Of a DNA stretch of 32,000 nt, positions 7,542 through 16,606 are shown one piece after another (within the stretch, counting starts at the first letter, position 1; each line of letters begins with the position of its first letter). Origin of the DNA: Candidatus Kuenenia stuttgartensis (lineage in GTDB: Bacteria; Planctomycetota; Brocadiia; Brocadiales; Brocadiaceae); NCBI RefSeq assembly GCF_900232105.1, contig NZ_LT934425.1, forward strand, positions 1,890,001 to 1,922,000. The letters run 5' to 3'. A program made the translations under genes and the position numbers. The notes under the pieces were generated by a model. The model was not told the origin of the DNA and did not search any database. It saw nothing but the letters and a program-made list of their open reading frames with translations.

Positions 7542-10292
7542 TTAGGCAGCTTTTTCACCATAAAGGCGGCGCGTGCATTTTTTTCTGTATTCATGTATGA
7601 GTGAAAGGGTGAAAGGCAGGACGAATATGGACGTCACAAGGCTGCATGAGAGGCTGATTGCGAGGATCAATCCAAGGCTTGAGACCCCCCGGTGTGAGGC
7701 TAACGCCAAAGACCCAAATCCTATTATGGTTGTGAGTGAAGATATGATGATAGCCTTTCCCGTGCTGGTTTGATGTATCCAAAGGCCTTCCTTTTCATTT
7801 AACCGCATCATGGTGTGGATGCTGTTATCAATGCTGATGCCCAGTATTAGTGGAAATGCGATTACATTTGCCGGGTTTGGCTGAATACGGAACAATTTCA
7901 TAAATCCGATTGTCCATAAAATCGTCAGAAGCAGGGGATAAAGGGTGGTCAGGGTAAGTATTATATTTCTATAGGTTAAGAGGAGGATCGAAAAAATAAT
8001 AGCCAGTGTGTAGCCTCCGGCGATCAAAAACCCCCGCTTGATTAATCTGTTTGTATCATAAATCTGAAATGGCGCACCAGTAGCTTCAGGCTGTATACTC
8101 CGTATTTCAGATACAAACTCGCCCAGTTTTCCTTCCGTCCAGATGTCTTCTTTGGGAAAGATATATACCATGTTTTTCCCCGTTTTCCCGACAAATCGTT
8201 CTTTCAGGCCGTAGGGCAAATCGTCTATGGTCATGGGTTCGGGAACCATTCCATGCTTCAGGTATTCAAGATGTTTGCGAATAGTCCGTTGTCCTTTGGA
8301 TAATCTTTCCACAATTTCTGCTTCCGGCAAAGTTTCTGCATTCCGCAAAAAGGTATCTATTTTGTTGTTAAGGATGAGGAGGCGGTCGGCAAGGGGACCG
8401 CTACCCTCTTTCAGCAGCCCCATATTTTTGCCGAAAGTGAGCCGGAATCGCAGCCGTTCAAGAATGGTTTTCAATTCCTGATATCGTATCGCATCGCCGG
8501 CATTCCCGGGAATGGGTATAGTTTGTGCGAGGGCTTTCAACTCTTTTATAATGCCCACCTTTTTTTCCTGCTCGTCGGGAAGCACCGAAGCAATGCTTTC
8601 TACCTTTCCCACGCTTTTGAGCCGCAGGAGCTGTTCGGACACCCTCTCCGCTTCTTCAGGAGTATCTGCGACAATCGCCCCAAACCATGTGGCAGTGCCG
8701 GTTGATTGAATAATTTTTATTGCGTATCGGGTCGATTCCAGGTTGGGTGGCAGGAGGTTCAGCAGATTGTCGTCAAATTTTATGTGCCTTACAAAGAAGC
8801 ATGAACCAATTGCAAACAATATGGAAACAATCGTCAGGGGGACTTTGCATGAAACTACTATACTGAACATCCAGTTTTTTACCGGTGTACATAATGAAGC
8901 CGCCGGAAACATTTTTTTCTCTGCAGTAATGAATTTGTCACATAAGATGATAAGCGAGGAAAGCAAAAACAGCGTGGAGATCAATGCGAGCAAAATGCCC
9001 GTTCCCGCGATTAGCCCTAGCTCGCTTAATCCTTTAAAATCGATTAACAGAGTGGAGTAAAACGATATTGCCGTGGTAACAGCGCCCAGGATGATGCCTT
9101 TTCCGGTATTTTCCATTGATTTACATAATGCGTCCCTTTTCTCATGACCGAGCTTCCTGCATTCTGTGTAACGTAACATGAGGTGGATGCTGAAATCTAT
9201 TCCCAGACCGATTAAAACAACGGCAAATACAATGGAAAAGAGATTTAAGTACCCTATTGCCAATGTTGTAAAGCCAAACGTCCAGCTTATCGAACACAAA
9301 AGGGTGAGCATGCCGAGTAACGGCATTACGATTGAATTGAACGAGATGATAAAGAGTATAGCAACTCCCACAAGTGCGGCAATGGAAATGTATAACATTT
9401 CTTTCTGAGAAATTTCCATTTCGTCGGCTTCCATAGCAACGGTTCCTGTAAGGCCGATATCGACTCCGGGACACATTTCTTTTGCTGCTGCAACTTGTTT
9501 TCTGATAAAACTGGTGGAATCCGTACCCGTCAACAATCCGTCAATATCATTAACCGTTATCTCCATCAAGAGAATGCGTCCGTTGTCAAAGAGATTATAA
9601 TATGCGGTATCCGGCGAATCGCCGAAAGCCATAGCAGCGGGGGAAAAAGGTATTCCGCCGTGAGCTTGCATCGCTGTTTGCAATGGAGATTCCGGCATGA
9701 CATTGTTTTCACGGAGGTTGTTATTCATGTCCTGAAGAAGGGCGATAAGCCTGTCGATGTCTTCCGTGATGTTGCTGTCGTCTGTTGTTTGTGCATGGGT
9801 TTTCTGCGTCAGTGAATGCTCAAATTGGGCGAAAATATCTTCGTATTGGTATGCTTGGGGTAGTTGCGCCCTGTTTTCCATGGTATGTAACAAATCTGTT
9901 TTTATTTTGAGAAGTTCTTCAACATCAAGATAAAAGAGCCCCTTTTTCTCAAAATCTGTTTTGTTCACTTTATAGAAAATGTTTTTAATAAGGCGTGGAC
10001 TGTTCTTTAGCCTTTTTGCAATTTGTTCCGCAGCGTTAATAAGAGCATCCGTATTATCTGATTCCATTACGATGATATGGTTATCAACCTGGCCAAATTC
10101 GTCCATTAGTTTCAGGAATCTTTTATTATATTCCTTTTCTTTCGAGATAAGGGAGTTTCGGTCAGGGTTAAATGTTAAATACTTCACCGTATAGAGCGAA
10201 GAAATGAGCGTAAGCAGGAGGGCAACGAATAATACTATTTTAGGACGGGAGCACGCAATGGCAGCGATTTTTCTGGCAATGATTTCAAACAC
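7542..10292 (-). CDS. hpnN: RND/MMPL-family transporter, hopanoid-associated HpnN-like
   Basis: 916-aa multi-TM protein with two repeated RND halves (GIGLDFSIHLMLRYTE; ISIDNSIHTMMRLNE); located next to hpnK, hpnI and hpnJ. Confidence 0.75.
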   Translation of the reverse strand: MFEIIARKIAAIACSRPKIVLFVALLLTLISSLYTVKYLTFNPDRNSLISKEKEYNKRFLKLMDEFGQVDNHIIVMESDNTDALINAAEQIAKRLKNSPRLIKNIFYKVNKTDFEKKGLFYLDVEELLKIKTDLLHTMENRAQLPQAYQYEDIFAQFEHSLTQKTHAQTTDDSNITEDIDRLIALLQDMNNNLRENNVMPESPLQTAMQAHGGIPFSPAAMAFGDSPDTAYYNLFDNGRILLMEITVNDIDGLLTGTDSTSFIRKQVAAAKEMCPGVDIGLTGTVAMEADEMEISQKEMLYISIAALVGVAILFIISFNSIVMPLLGMLTLLCSISWTFGFTTLAIGYLNLFSIVFAVVLIGLGIDFSIHLMLRYTECRKLGHEKRDALCKSMENTGKGIILGAVTTAISFYSTLLIDFKGLSELGLIAGTGILLALISTLFLLSSLIILCDKFITAEKKMFPAASLCTPVKNWMFSIVVSCKVPLTIVSILFAIGSCFFVRHIKFDDNLLNLLPPNLESTRYAIKIIQSTGTATWFGAIVADTPEEAERVSEQLLRLKSVGKVESIASVLPDEQEKKVGIIKELKALAQTIPIPGNAGDAIRYQELKTILERLRFRLTFGKNMGLLKEGSGPLADRLLILNNKIDTFLRNAETLPEAEIVERLSKGQRTIRKHLEYLKHGMVPEPMTIDDLPYGLKERFVGKTGKNMVYIFPKEDIWTEGKLGEFVSEIRSIQPEATGAPFQIYDTNRLIKRGFLIAGGYTLAIIFSILLLTYRNIILTLTTLYPLLLTILWTIGFMKLFRIQPNPANVIAFPLILGISIDNSIHTMMRLNEKEGLWIHQTSTGKAIIISSLTTIIGFGSLALASHRGVSSLGLILAISLSCSLVTSIFVLPFTLSLIHEYRKKCTRRLYGEKAA

Positions 10293-10684
10293 CTTGCAAT
10301 CTCCGTATCTTAACCATCAATGACGAAACAGCGCTTCCGATGTAGAACAACACTGCAGTGGACAAGTCAGTGCTTTGAAAAGAAGGTGCAGCAAAATAAA
10401 TTGAACTATTTTTATAGAAGGTGTTTAACATTTTTTTCTCTTTTTCAGTTAGTGCGGGAAATATTCAGTACAACATTTGTTTTATAAGGGCTATATTATT
10501 ACACAATGCCTTATCTATGAAATACCCATACAAATACGTATTGTATATTTCTACCCTATAATAATGAATAACTTCAACTTAAAAATGAGTAACAATGCCG
10601 TCTGCCCGAAATACATGCAGAATAACAACCGGTAATTTCTTTGCATTTTTTGGAAAAATATTTAATGGTGAATTCCGGATTTTT

Positions 10685-10708
10685 GTAACAATTTAGTTTT
10701 TTGAAAAA
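10685..10708 (+). repeat. 24-nt intergenic motif copy C
   Basis: GTAACAATTTAGTTTTTTGAAAAA. Confidence 0.65.
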
Positions 10709-10721
10709 TGTATTACCTATA

Positions 10722-10803
10722 AGCTCCGCAGGAGCGACCTGTCTCTTGTAAATCCATATTAAACAGGTCTGCCGGAATACGTACAGGCCGCTCCTACGGA
10801 GCT
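10722..10803. repeat. Inverted-repeat element in hpnN-hpnK intergenic region
   Basis: AGCTCCGCAGGAGCGACCTGT / ACAGGCCGCTCCTACGGAGCT, 19 of 21 positions complementary. The left arm recurs near 24622. Confidence 0.75.
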
Positions 10804-11035
10804 ATTTACTCTATTGAATTTTATTGTGCTACAAACAGACCGCCCCTAACGGGGCGACATGGTATTTTTTCTATACCGTGAATTTTTTAAAAAGTTAAAA
10901 TGTTACGAATTTTTTATTTTTTGTCTGTTTGGTTCCGGCTTGTCCATTTTAGGGGGGCTGCCATAAAACACATATATATGAACTATTACAAAAATAATTG
11001 TAAGAGCAGGGTATTTATAGTATCTTTGTTCCGAT

Positions 11036-11857
11036 ATGAAAAAGTGCGTTATTAATGCCGATGATTTTGGAAAATCTGATGCCGTGAATGTATGCGTGGA
11101 AACAGCGTTCAGGGAAGGTGTTTTATCCAGTGCCAGCATAATGGCGGGGGGGCTGGCGTTTCCCGGAGCCTGCAGCATTATTAAGGGGAACCCCGGACTT
11201 GGCGTGGGCATTCATCTTACACTGCTCCAGGGGCATTCGGTGTTAAAGCATAAGGATATTCCCGGACTTGCGGATGTTAAGGGAAATTTTTGCGAAAACC
11301 CTTTCTTTGCAGGGATGAATCTTTTCTTTAAAAGGGGAATTGCGGATCAGATACGACGCGAAATCAGGGCTCAAACAGAAAAGGCTTTAGAGTCGGGAAT
11401 ATCTCTGGGGCATTTGGACGGTCACTTAAACATACATCTTCATCCATCGGTAATATGGCATGCAGTGGAATTATGCAAGGTATATAACATCCCCTATATC
11501 AGGATACCCCGTGAGCCTCTATTTATGAATTTGTTCGTATCGGGGAAGAAGTTGTTGTATAAAATAAGCCATAAAATTATTTTTGAAATACTCGCCCGCA
11601 GGGCAGCGCCGTTACTAAAGGAATACGGCATCGGACATATTCCCCTGGTAATAGGCCTTCTGGAATCGGGGAATATTACGGCTGATTACCTGAAGAAGAC
11701 CCTTCCGGGAATTGATAAGACGCCTTTTGAAATATATTGTCATCCGGAGCCAAATAATGCTGACTTCAGCGCACTTATGGATAAGGATGTAAAAAAATGT
11801 ATTGTGGAAAATGGTATCAGGATTATTACTTATAGAGAAATAAAGGTGCAACAATGA
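11036..11857 (+). CDS. hpnK: Hopanoid biosynthesis-associated deacetylase HpnK (YdjC/ChbG family)
   Basis: MKKCVINADDFGKSDAVN (NADDFG metal-binding motif), GIHLTL, GHLDGHLNIHLHP motifs. Confidence 0.85.
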   Translation: MKKCVINADDFGKSDAVNVCVETAFREGVLSSASIMAGGLAFPGACSIIKGNPGLGVGIHLTLLQGHSVLKHKDIPGLADVKGNFCENPFFAGMNLFFKRGIADQIRREIRAQTEKALESGISLGHLDGHLNIHLHPSVIWHAVELCKVYNIPYIRIPREPLFMNLFVSGKKLLYKISHKIIFEILARRAAPLLKEYGIGHIPLVIGLLESGNITADYLKKTLPGIDKTPFEIYCHPEPNNADFSALMDKDVKKCIVENGIRIITYREIKVQQ

Positions 11858-12225
11858 TAAAAACGTTCGGGTTCCTGTTTTTCATGCTCATAGCGCAAGC
11901 CTTCGGGCACACCTTCTTGAGCAAAGGGATGGTTGGGATAGGAGAACTTACCGCATACAGTGTAAGGGAAATACTTTTTTACGCCCTGGTTGTCATGAGA
12001 AATCCATGGATCGTTTTCGGGATATTTTTTCATGCGATCGGATTTTTTTCATGGATGTATATTCTTTCTTTCTCGAAATTAAGCCTGGTGCTTCCACTGA
12101 CGTCTCTCTGTTATATAATGACCGCCTTTTTAGCTACATTCATGCTCGGAGAAGAGGTTAGCCCTCTCAGGTGGGCAGGGACCGCAGTGATAGTATTTGG
12201 CGTTTACCTTGTTACTCAGGGTTGA
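11854..12225 (+). CDS. Half-size EamA/SMR-like small membrane transporter
   Basis: 123-aa 4-TM ORF overlapping hpnK by ATGA; LGEEVSPLRWAGTAVIVFGVYLV is EamA/SMR-like. Confidence 0.7.
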   Translation: MIKTFGFLFFMLIAQAFGHTFLSKGMVGIGELTAYSVREILFYALVVMRNPWIVFGIFFHAIGFFSWMYILSFSKLSLVLPLTSLCYIMTAFLATFMLGEEVSPLRWAGTAVIVFGVYLVTQG

Positions 12226-13345
12226 TTTGAGCAATCGTTCCGTCTTTGCCAAGGACAAATTTTTTATTTTTCCAGGTAATTTTGTTGCCGCAAAAACTCA
12301 ATAACCATGTATAAAATCCCAAAAATTCCTGTATAGGAACGAGCAAATACACCCATGAAAATGGAATCTTGCTCAGCAGGGTTCCTGTTAGGGTAATGCT
12401 AAGAAAACGCAGAATGATTGCCGTGCCAAAAAGAGAGATAGCGGGGAGAGAAAAAGAGGTAAAAAAACACAATAGCAGCGACCAGACAGAACCAAAAGAT
12501 ATGCCAAATAAAAAATATCCGACAGGTTCTGAGACCCTGTACGTCTTGCATAATCGTAATTGACGTACAAAATAATTCTTAAAATTCGATTTCCCGACAA
12601 CGGTATTTACCAGAATTGTTGAGAGCGTAACGGGATTTCCGTTTTTACTGATTTTGTTTCCGAGATGGTAATCATCCGCCAGCATATTGCCTAACGCTTC
12701 GTACCCGCCAATCGATTCCAGCGACTGTTTTGTAAGAAACATTGAAGCCCCAAAACCGTAATTTATCCCATGAAAAATTTTTGCCATACACACGCCCTGG
12801 AATATATCAGAGAGTATGGTGATAACCTCGAGGTGCCCCCCGATCCCTTCGTTGTGTATTCCCCGATACAAATTGGTGACCATGCCGGCGTTCTTTATGT
12901 GGGTCAACGATTGCAGGAAGTCCTGTGGTACTAATACATCGGCGTCGGAAATATTAATGATATCATACCGTGCATGTTCCGTAAGGGTAATGAGTTTCCC
13001 CACCTTTTCGTTTGAATATTTCTTATGGTTGCTGCACAGGATTATTTTGCAGATGCCGGGAAATTCATTTTCCAGCTTTGTTAAAATGCCATAGGCGGGA
13101 TCGTCTTTTGAACTGACACCAAACAGAATTTCTATGGGAATGGCTCTTAAATCAAGGAAGGATTTGATATTGTTGTATAAATTGTATACCTCGCCGGTAA
13201 TGGGTTTTAAAAAACTGATCCCCTCGAAATGAGGCATCTCTGTTTCCTCTCCCTTCTCTCTGAATACCGTCAAAGTACATAAAAACGCAGCAATATAATA
13301 GGTAAACGATAAGAATGTGAGTATGGAGAAGCAATATACGGCCAT
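12212..13345 (-). CDS. hpnI: Hopanoid-associated glycosyltransferase HpnI-like (GT2, ceramide-glucosyltransferase-like)
   Basis: EGISFLKPITG...N, NISDADVLVP, GGYEALGNMLADDYHLG, and C-terminal TM segments; adjacent to hpnK and hpnJ. Confidence 0.8.
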   Translation of the reverse strand: MAVYCFSILTFLSFTYYIAAFLCTLTVFREKGEETEMPHFEGISFLKPITGEVYNLYNNIKSFLDLRAIPIEILFGVSSKDDPAYGILTKLENEFPGICKIILCSNHKKYSNEKVGKLITLTEHARYDIINISDADVLVPQDFLQSLTHIKNAGMVTNLYRGIHNEGIGGHLEVITILSDIFQGVCMAKIFHGINYGFGASMFLTKQSLESIGGYEALGNMLADDYHLGNKISKNGNPVTLSTILVNTVVGKSNFKNYFVRQLRLCKTYRVSEPVGYFLFGISFGSVWSLLLCFFTSFSLPAISLFGTAIILRFLSITLTGTLLSKIPFSWVYLLVPIQEFLGFYTWLLSFCGNKITWKNKKFVLGKDGTIAQINPE

Positions 13346-13600
13346 GGTTGATTAACGATGCATCATTATAAGCAACAAAAGGATAAAATTACACACGACG
13401 GAGATCGTTTGCAATACGGAAGGTAAAATAATTACATTTTACAAGCACTTCCTGAACAACAATGTTTGGCAAAAACCTCTCCGGTTTCTAACTATTTGTT
13501 ATTATAGACCTTGCACGTGGTTGTATGTTTATTTTTGCAAAGTGTTGATAATACAAAAAAAAGATTGCAAATCAAATAAAAAAATGCGTTAATTTTAAAC

Positions 13601-15034
13601 ATGATGAAAAAGACACTTTTATTAAATCCACCCTGTTTCGACCAATTTGACGGCGGCGCCGGCTCCCGCTATCAGGCTCGCAGGGAAGTGCGTTCCTTCT
13701 GGTATCCCACGTGGTTGTGTTATACCGCGGGACTCATCCCTGGAAGCAAAGTAGTTGACGCACCGGCGCAAGGGCTGCAGATTGATGAGGTCGTTTCCCT
13801 TGCAGGGGACTATGAGCTGGTTGTGATGTACACAAATACCCCCACATTATCCATTGACAGAGAAACTGCCAAAAAGATAAAGGCTGCCAATCCGGAATCG
13901 GTCATTTGTTTTGTTGGTCCGCACGTTACTATACAGCCGGAAGATGCGTTGCGTGAGGACAGGATTGTGGACATTGTTGCAAGGGGGGAGTTCGACATTA
14001 CCGTTAAGGAACTTGCGGAAGGCAAAGCGTTGCAAGAGGTGAAAGGGATAAGTTACCTGAATGGTTCGGGCGTTGTTCATAATGCTGACCGTGGATTTAC
14101 TACCGATCTGGACTCCCTTCCCTTTGTTACGAAAATCTATGAGCGTGATTTGAACTATAAAGATTACGAAATCCCTTATTTGCGCTATCCGTACCTGTCG
14201 ATTTATTCCGGACGGGGTTGTCCCTCACAATGTATTTACTGTCTTTGGCCACAAACGATGATGGGACATCAGTATCGCGTAAGGAGCGTTGATAATGTTA
14301 TCAGGGAGCTGATGTATTGCAAGGAACGGTTTCCCGAAGTGAAAGAGATTTTTTTTGACGACGACACATTTACCGCAAACAGAAAAAGGGTGCAGGAGTT
14401 TAGCCGGAAGGTAAAGGACCTTGGAATTACATGGTCTGCCACATCAAGGGCAAACCTCGACCGCGAAACGTTACAACAGATGAAGGAAGGCGGCCTCAGA
14501 TTGCTCGTAGTAGGCTATGAATCCGGCAATGATGAAATTCTGAAAAACGTTAAAAAAGGGATTACGATTGATCAGGCCAAACGGTTTACCGGCGAATGTA
14601 AAAGTCTCGGCATACAAATTCATGGCACTTTTATGCTGGGATTGCCGGGGGAGAACAGGTCTTCAATGGAAGACACCATCCGATTTGCCATAGAGATGGA
14701 CCCTGACACGATGCAGGTATCTATAGCATCGCCTTATCCGGGCACTGAATTTTATGATTATTGCGAAAAGAACGGATACTTAAAGACCGGCACTATGTTA
14801 AGTTCTTCCGGACATCAGCTATGCAACATAGAGTATCCGGACCTCCCTGCAGAAGAAATCATCCTCTGGACGGAAAAATTCTATAAAAAATTCTACTTCA
14901 GACCACGCATTATTCTGAGAATAGTAAAAAAAATGCTTCAGGACCCCGTGGAACGGAAAAGAAGATTAAGGGAAGGGCGGCAGTTCTTCAAAACAATGCG
15001 CTCGCGCAGAAAATATACGAAAAAAAGCTGCTGA
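13601..15034 (+). CDS. hpnJ: Hopanoid-associated B12-binding radical SAM protein HpnJ
   Basis: Rad-SAM motif GRGCPSQCIYCLWPQ; FDQFDGGAGSRYQARREVRSFWYPTWL N-terminus typical of HpnJ; neighbouring hpn genes. Confidence 0.88.
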   Translation: MMKKTLLLNPPCFDQFDGGAGSRYQARREVRSFWYPTWLCYTAGLIPGSKVVDAPAQGLQIDEVVSLAGDYELVVMYTNTPTLSIDRETAKKIKAANPESVICFVGPHVTIQPEDALREDRIVDIVARGEFDITVKELAEGKALQEVKGISYLNGSGVVHNADRGFTTDLDSLPFVTKIYERDLNYKDYEIPYLRYPYLSIYSGRGCPSQCIYCLWPQTMMGHQYRVRSVDNVIRELMYCKERFPEVKEIFFDDDTFTANRKRVQEFSRKVKDLGITWSATSRANLDRETLQQMKEGGLRLLVVGYESGNDEILKNVKKGITIDQAKRFTGECKSLGIQIHGTFMLGLPGENRSSMEDTIRFAIEMDPDTMQVSIASPYPGTEFYDYCEKNGYLKTGTMLSSSGHQLCNIEYPDLPAEEIILWTEKFYKKFYFRPRIILRIVKKMLQDPVERKRRLREGRQFFKTMRSRRKYTKKSC

Positions 15035-15135
15035 GCCAGCGGTTTTGTATATCTCTCCATCCGTTTTTGAAATCACAGGCTATTTGCAATAATATTACGG
15101 TAAATTAACCTATTGGCGCAATGTAGGAGCGTACC

Positions 15136-15252
15136 ATGAAAACAAAGATGACCATGGTTTATTGGAAGGGTGAAAAATATTGGCCTGGAAAACTTCTTGA
15201 GCGCCCGGAAATTATGACACAGGGCGAAAGGCGTTTGTCCGTCAGCTTATGA
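15136..15252 (+). pseudogene. Truncated HicB-like antitoxin remnant
   Basis: ATG 15136 reads MKTKMTMVYWKGEKYWPGKLLERPEIMTQGERRLSVSL*; resembles the N-terminal strand-rich part of HicB-like proteins (...MTQGETLEE...) and then breaks off. Confidence 0.4.
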
Positions 15253-15266
15253 ATAGCATGACATCT

Positions 15267-16007
15267 AGTTACTGTATCATCATAACTCGCACTAAATGGA
15301 ACGATGTGGCAAGCATCCACCATTGATACAGAAATGGTAGCATCTATTCTCATTCCAGAAATACAACAAGTGTTGTTGTAGATTTTTGGTATTTCTCTTT
15401 TAAACAAACAACATCTTAAAAAAATCCCTTCCTCATTCTTTTGCTCCATTAAGTTCTTTATTTCTTGCCTGTATTCTTCCGATGGTTCGTTTAAAATTTT
15501 ATTCTCAATATCATTAAATAGTTTTTGATGCCCACCTGACGAATTACCAAAATTGCATTAAGTTTCAGGGAAGTATTTATCCAATAAAAACTGCTGTAAT
15601 ATTCCATTACTTTTTTTATCATTCATTAAAGCAAGTAAATCTTCATCTGTAACAGCAAAATCAACTGCTGCATTTAGGTTTGCAAAACTTCGCAGGGATG
15701 CAGAGAGTTGAAGAATATTTTCAAAGCCCGGTTTTGGAATTAGTTTCCAAAACTTATCGCTTGTTAAATGATAAAATGGTAATGCAAATCGGCAATCGTG
15801 ATTTGAAATAACCAATAAACTCCAATTGGATTTGAATAAAGCAACTAATTCGGGACTGATGTAAATTCTTTGGGAGTTGTTTATTCCGATCTGAAATGTT
15901 TGTAATATAGAAAGTAGAAGAATGGGTTTATGCGGAGCAATGCCGTGTGCTCTATCTATTCTTAGTTTTTCAAATGCTCTGAGATATTTCTGTAATGTTT
16001 CTTGCAC
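15267..16007 (-). pseudogene. HNH endonuclease (putative restriction-type) gene interrupted by an in-frame TAA and truncated at its 3' end
   Basis: Upstream part 15558..16007 (MQETLQKYLRAFEKL...HKPILLLSIL...) stops at TAA 15558-15560. The same frame continues CNFGNSSGGHQKLFNDIENKILNEPSEEYRQEIKNLMEQKNEE...CCISGMRIDATISVSMVDACHIVPFSASYDDTVT (HNH-like), after which similarity seems to end. Confidence 0.7.
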
Positions 16008-16012
16008 ACTTG

Positions 16013-16516
16013 TTATGTTGTTATTTGCGTTAGGGATTGTAGCGGAAATCCTTTTTGCAGCGCTAACAGGTCTTGGATTAACTCCACATCCTTTGGCTCC
16101 TGCTTGCAGGACTTTTTAAGCAGGCCTGCCTCTTGTTTGAATTTTTCTTCTTGTTTGCTCACTTCAATTTGAGTTTTGAATATGTGATTATAAATTTGGG
16201 ATACTTTGGTTTTGAAAAAACTATCTCTGAACCAATAGTATTGAATCAGCACCATTTCCTGATGTGTGATTAATTCAATGCATTCGGTAGCCTGTATTGT
16301 TCGCTGTGCTTTTAAAATTCGTTTTAAAATTTCAACTCGTGTTTCAAATTTGTAAGGACCCCAAAAGTTTTCTTTTATTTCACAGTTCCGCCTGCGTTTA
16401 TCTCTCCAGATTTCGGGGTTGTCTCTTGTTTCAATTAAAAAGTTTCTGATGTCTGCCATGGATTGTAACCCTGAACCCGCAGGGAGTCGTGTAATGTTTA
16501 TGCTGAATAGCTCCAA
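16013..16516 (-). CDS. Hypothetical protein, possibly degenerate ORF
   Basis: 167-aa ORF, TTG start, 5 bp upstream of the HNH pseudogene; no recognisable domain. Confidence 0.3.
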   Translation of the reverse strand: MELFSINITRLPAGSGLQSMADIRNFLIETRDNPEIWRDKRRRNCEIKENFWGPYKFETRVEILKRILKAQRTIQATECIELITHQEMVLIQYYWFRDSFFKTKVSQIYNHIFKTQIEVSKQEEKFKQEAGLLKKSCKQEPKDVELIQDLLALQKGFPLQSLTQITT

Positions 16517-16606
16517 GGGTTTTCCATTGGGATTTTGCTTTCTTGAATTTGTTTCGTATTTCGTGCTTCGTATTTTTTATCTCATGCTATGCTGGCTTGC
16601 AAAAAA

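Noticed and set aside
15558-15560. Stop codon readthrough or recoding (TAA) in the HNH gene
   Set aside because: No hairpin or known readthrough context was seen, and the gene is also truncated at its 3' end, so pseudogenisation is the simpler explanation.
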